A stretch of 64,000 nt of DNA from an uncultured Actinomycetes bacterium (lineage in GTDB: Bacteria; Actinomycetota; UBA4738; HRBIN12): contig OY969934.1 in NCBI GenBank assembly GCA_963704725.1, positions 1,152,001 to 1,216,000 on the forward strand, read 5' to 3'. The notes beneath the pieces are model-generated. The model ran no database searches. It saw only the letters and a program-made list of their open reading frames with translations, and was not told the DNA's origin. The first letter of the stretch is position 1. The number at the start of each line of letters is the position of its first letter. This document shows positions 60,104 to 64,000 of the stretch, one piece after another. Position numbers and translations under genes: made by a program.

Positions 60104-60254
60104 GCAGGCTCACCCCCGATACTGCCATACCGGGGACGAAGGCGACGACGCCCGCCGCCCGGGCCGGGCGGTTGAGGCCACATCGACCGCGAGGGATACT
60201 GCCCCGGGCCCGACGGGCCCGTTGCGAGGGAGACCGATCGATGGCGGGTGCCAG

Positions 60255-61475
60255 ATGCGGCCGAAGGTGGGGCGTGTCCTCGCCCACTGGCGGGCGGAGC
60301 GCCGCACGATCCGCCAGGGGTTCGTCGCGCTCGTCATCGCCGACCTGGGCAGCCTGGTCGCCGGGCTCGTCCTCGGCTCGATAACCCACCGCCTCGAGGC
60401 CCTCCCGAGCCTCATGGTCATGATCCCCGCCGCCATCGGCATGCGCGGGAACATCTTCGGCGCGCTCGGCTCCCGGCTCGGCACCAGCATCCACTCGGGC
60501 GCATACCAGCCGAGCCGGGAGCGCGGGGGGCTCCTGTACCAGAACGCGTACGCGGTCAGCGCCCTCACGCTCGCCGTGTCGCTGTCCCTCGGCGTCCTGG
60601 CCGAGACGTTCTCCGTCGCGTTCGGGTTGCGGTCCATCTCGCTCGTGGACTTCGTCGTCATCTCGATCATCGGGGGCGTGCTGTCGAGCGTCGTGGTCGG
60701 GATGTTCACCCTCGCCCTGTCCCGGCGGGCGTTCCGCAGGGGTTGGGACCTCGACAGCGTCGCGGCGCCGCTCGTCACCGCGGCGGGAGACATGGTGACG
60801 CTCCCGTCCCTGTTCGTCGCGACGTTCCTCGTGGGCATCCCCTGGGTCACGCCGGCGATCGCGATCCTGGCGGCGATCGTCACCGTCGTGTTCACCGCCC
60901 GAAGCCTGGTCACCGATCTGCCGCTCACCCGCCGCGTGATGCGCGAGAGCATCCCGATCCTGCTCGTGGCGGGATCCGTCGACATCATCGCCGGCCTGGT
61001 GGTCGAGTCGCGCCTCGACCGGTTCCTCGTGTACCCGGCCCTGCTCGTCCTTGTGCCGCCGTTCCTGGAGAGCGCCGGCGCCCTCGGCGGGATCCTGTCG
61101 GCACGCCTGTCTTCGAAGCTCCACCTCGGCGTCCTCACGCCTCGAGGGCGGCCCGAGGCCGCGGCGCTCCTCGACGCCTCGATCATCTTCCTGTTCGCGT
61201 TGCGATCGTTCACGGTCGTGGCGATCACGGCGACGATCAGCTCGGCCATCGTCGGCCTGGCGAGCCCCGGCGTGCTCGAGATGATCGGGATCAGCCTGCT
61301 CGCGGGTCTCATGGCGACGATCCTCGCGGTCGCGGTCGCCTACTACACGGCCATGGCCACGTACCGGGTGGGCCTGGATCCCGACAACCACGGCGTCGCC
61401 ATGATCACAAGCTCGATGGACCTCGTCGGGGTCCTGTGCCTCGTCGTCGCGCTGCTGGCGTTCGGCGTGGGGTGA
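60255..61475 (+). CDS. SLC41/MgtE-type divalent cation transporter (two MgtE membrane repeats)
   Basis: PAAIGMRGNIFG, DLDSVAAPLVTAAGD, PPFL..AGALGG, DPDN....ITS.MD. Confidence 0.88.
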   Translation: MRPKVGRVLAHWRAERRTIRQGFVALVIADLGSLVAGLVLGSITHRLEALPSLMVMIPAAIGMRGNIFGALGSRLGTSIHSGAYQPSRERGGLLYQNAYAVSALTLAVSLSLGVLAETFSVAFGLRSISLVDFVVISIIGGVLSSVVVGMFTLALSRRAFRRGWDLDSVAAPLVTAAGDMVTLPSLFVATFLVGIPWVTPAIAILAAIVTVVFTARSLVTDLPLTRRVMRESIPILLVAGSVDIIAGLVVESRLDRFLVYPALLVLVPPFLESAGALGGILSARLSSKLHLGVLTPRGRPEAAALLDASIIFLFALRSFTVVAITATISSAIVGLASPGVLEMIGISLLAGLMATILAVAVAYYTAMATYRVGLDPDNHGVAMITSSMDLVGVLCLVVALLAFGVG

Positions 61476-61488
61476 GCGCGGAGGCGTC

Positions 61489-62721
61489 TCAGGCGCCGGT
61501 CACTCCGAGGGCGGTCATGGCAACGAGGAACGCCGCGACGCCGGCCAGATCCATCACGCTCGTGATGATCGGGACGCCCGCGTTGTCGGGATCCAGGCCG
61601 AAGCGCGACGTGAGGATGGCGACCTCGTAGCTGAGGGCGAGCGTGAGGGGGACCGTCACCGCTCCCGCGAGCAGCGTCCCGCCGATCATGGTTCCGGCTC
61701 CCGGATGGGGAAGGTGCGTCGTCACGGCCAGCGCGAGCGCGACAACGCCGATGATCGTGAAGACGGCCAGGCCGAGCACCGCGACGAGGGACGCGTCGAC
61801 GAGCGCCGGCGCCTCCGGCCATCCGGTCGGACGGATCAGGCCGAGATGCAGCTTCGACGCGATCCGGGAGGAGAAGATCCCGCCGAGCGCGCCGGCCTGG
61901 GACACGAGCGGCGGGATCACCAGCAGCAGGGCGGGGAAGGCCAGGAGCCGCGCCTCGTGCCCCTGCAGGAGTCCGCCGGCGAGGACGTCGAGGATCGGGG
62001 TGAGCAGGATCACCGGGGTCATCTCCAGCACGATCCTTCGCACGCCGGGGATCGGGGAGGTGTACGAGCGGAACGCCGCGACCAGGGCGGCCGCGACACA
62101 GATCGCCGAGACGACCGCGTTCGCCACATGGGACTCGAGCAGCAGGGACGCCAGGAACAGGGTCGGCAGCGTGGCCATGTCGCCGAGCGCCGTCACCATC
62201 GGCGTCGAGACCGAGTCCAGGTCCCACCCCCTGCGGAACGACAGCGTCGACAAGCCGATCGTGACGAGCAGGATCAGGACGGACCCGAGCACGCCGCCGA
62301 CGACGGAGATCGTCACGAGGCTCCAGATCGAGATCGACGGGTGACCGAACGCGGCGCCGGCCACCTTGGCCAGCGCGGCGAGCCACAGCGAGGACGAGAA
62401 GGTCGTGACGATCGCCACCTCGACGTTGCGGTACAGGAGGCCGTCGCGATCGAGGGTCGACTCGAACGTGCCCGCCGCGGTCGCGGTGCCGAGGCGCGCG
62501 CCGATCGCACCGAAGATCGTGCCGCGCATGCCGACGGCGGCCGGGATCAGGACCAAGAGGCCGGGGAGGCTGTCGAGGCGGCCCGTGAGGTGCGCGAGGG
62601 TCAGCCCGGCGACGAAGCCGGCGACCGTGCTGAGGATGAGCGCGACCAGTCCCTGGCGGAGCGTGCGTCGCTCGGCACGGAAGGATGCCAGGAGGCGGCG
62701 AGGACGGCGGCGGAAGGCCAT
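61489..62721 (-). CDS. Second SLC41/MgtE-type transporter paralog
   Basis: PAAVGMRGTIFG, DLDSVSTPMVTALGD, PPL.SQAGALGG, DPDNAGVPIITSVMD. Confidence 0.88.
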   Translation of the reverse strand: MAFRRRPRRLLASFRAERRTLRQGLVALILSTVAGFVAGLTLAHLTGRLDSLPGLLVLIPAAVGMRGTIFGAIGARLGTATAAGTFESTLDRDGLLYRNVEVAIVTTFSSSLWLAALAKVAGAAFGHPSISIWSLVTISVVGGVLGSVLILLVTIGLSTLSFRRGWDLDSVSTPMVTALGDMATLPTLFLASLLLESHVANAVVSAICVAAALVAAFRSYTSPIPGVRRIVLEMTPVILLTPILDVLAGGLLQGHEARLLAFPALLLVIPPLVSQAGALGGIFSSRIASKLHLGLIRPTGWPEAPALVDASLVAVLGLAVFTIIGVVALALAVTTHLPHPGAGTMIGGTLLAGAVTVPLTLALSYEVAILTSRFGLDPDNAGVPIITSVMDLAGVAAFLVAMTALGVTGA

Positions 62722-62813
62722 AACGGCTCGCTCATCGGATCGACCTCTTTCGCTCCACGGGGACCGGGCCGAAGCCCGGGGCAGTATCCGTCCGCGGGAG
62801 CTTGCGCCACAAC

Positions 62814-63749
62814 CTAGGGGGGTTGCGTCTCCTCGACCCAGTCGCGGGTGATGAACAGCCAGAACGCGAGGCCCGCGTAGGCCCCGTAGCGGCGGAACCG
62901 CCGTTCCATGGCGGCGTCGGTCACGGTCTTGCGGCCCACGGTCTTCGCGTACGTCGGCCGCGTCCACGAGTCCAGGATCAGCCGGTGGTAGCGGCCGAGC
63001 GTCATCATGATGTGCGCCGCGGCGTACGGGCCGACCCCCGGCAGGGCGAGCAGCCGCTCCTCGAGCTCGTGGTCCGGCAGCTCCCCGGTGCCGGCGCGCC
63101 CGAACCACTCGAGATCGACGTCGCCATCTGCCACCGAGCGCGCCAGCGAGAGCAGGTACGCCCTGCGATAGCCGGCTCGCGCGACGTCGCGGTAGAACGC
63201 CTCCCCGGCCTCGGCCATCGCGGCGGGGGTGGGGAACGCCCGGCCCCACGGCTCGTCGCCGGGGGCACCGGGGGCCGGCTCGCCAAGGTGCTGGACGATC
63301 GCGAACACCATGCGGCGCGTGGCGGACCACGCGCAGTTCGTGGTGCAGATCGTCTTCACAACGTCCTCGAACACGCTGGGGCTCCGGATCATCCGCCCGG
63401 CGCCCGTCGTGACCCAGGCGAGCGCGGGGTCGGACGCCGCCGCCGCGTAGAAGGGGGAGAGGTCGGCGTCCAGGCGCAGGACGTGGCGGAGGGTGGCGAC
63501 CAGATCGTCGGCCACGGCGTCCGACGGCCGGGCGCCGAGCACCGTCATCGTGGCCCGACCGTCCCGGCCGGGCTCCACCCGGACGCGGCGGGGCCGGCCC
63601 CGCCGGGGTCGAAGCGTGAGCTCCATCGCCCGGTAGTCGGGATCGGGCCGCATCGGCGGGAGGTCGACGAACCCGTGCGAGTTCAGCGTCCGGGTCAGGT
63701 CGACGGGCTCGCCGCCGGCACCGACCAACGTGAGCTCACGCGTCGACAT
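62814..63749 (-). CDS. HhH-GPD DNA glycosylase (AlkA/Ogg-like)
   Basis: FEDVVKTICTTN, FPTP, GYR, LLALPGVGPYAA, D.W. Confidence 0.85.
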   Translation of the reverse strand: MSTRELTLVGAGGEPVDLTRTLNSHGFVDLPPMRPDPDYRAMELTLRPRRGRPRRVRVEPGRDGRATMTVLGARPSDAVADDLVATLRHVLRLDADLSPFYAAAASDPALAWVTTGAGRMIRSPSVFEDVVKTICTTNCAWSATRRMVFAIVQHLGEPAPGAPGDEPWGRAFPTPAAMAEAGEAFYRDVARAGYRRAYLLSLARSVADGDVDLEWFGRAGTGELPDHELEERLLALPGVGPYAAAHIMMTLGRYHRLILDSWTRPTYAKTVGRKTVTDAAMERRFRRYGAYAGLAFWLFITRDWVEETQPP

Positions 63750-64000
63750 CGACCTGGTGGCGCTCGCGCCACGCCCGGACCTTGGCCCGGTTGCCGCACG
63801 CCGACATGGAGCACCACCGTCCGGAGTGGTTCTTCGACCGGTCGTAGAAGACCGAGGCGCAGCCGTCGTAGGCGCACTCCTTCAGGTGCTCCCACGATCC
63901 ATCCAGCTCCGCGAGGAACGCGATCGCCACCAGCCGTCCGAGCGCCCCGTCGACCCCCTTCGCGCTCGGGGCCAGGACGGGGCCCTCGCGCTCGAAGCGG
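63736..64000 (-). CDS. CGNR zinc finger (ABATE/DUF1470) protein, 5'-truncated
   Basis: LKEC....C...FYDRSKN.SGRWCSM..CGNRAKVR. Confidence 0.9.
   Translation of the reverse strand, partial: RFEREGPVLAPSAKGVDGALGRLVAIAFLAELDGSWEHLKECAYDGCASVFYDRSKNHSGRWCSMSACGNRAKVRAWRERHQVDVDA

Overview
Very GC-rich chromosomal window from an Actinomycetota genome, probably a deep-branching or uncultured lineage. This is inferred from the SCO1664/DUF3090/MSMEG_4193 trio, a CGNR zinc finger, SenX3/RegX3 and many leaderless genes. A few single-base frameshifts look like long-read assembly errors. In order: Ca2+-binding RTX-repeat proteins and two membrane-anchored coiled-coil proteins (0-7.5 kb); three toxin-antitoxin modules (2x VapBC, wHTH-MNT/HEPN); a polyamine-type ABC transporter lacking its ATPase but ending in ppk2; ArsR-SRPBCC; YyaL; GT87; three tandem kinase-less NarL/LuxR regulators, a GT-C-like membrane protein and a Flp/Tad pilus locus; pheA; a prenyltransferase-repeat plus DUF362 pair; rhomboid; ECF-ogt; a ~14.7-kb phosphate/polyphosphate supercluster (senX3, Zn-ribbon gene, pstSCAB-phoU-regX3, DUF47-pit, ppk1, CYTH-CHAD, MutT1-like, ppx); corA; a lytic-transglycosylase-like gene preceded by a ~200-nt structured RNA; ispH; and an archaeal-style module of two SLC41/MgtE-type paralogs plus a duplicated PhoU-TrkA_C protein. 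No rRNA, tRNA, CRISPR array or mobile element was recognised. Best leads: (1) the LuxR triad and Tad locus, linked by a shared TACG-N8-CGTA motif; (2) the structured RNA at 57.0-57.25 kb; (3) the SLC41/PhoU-TrkA_C module; (4) the Zn-ribbon gene under PHO-box-like repeats. All calls come from reading motifs by eye; no searches were run.
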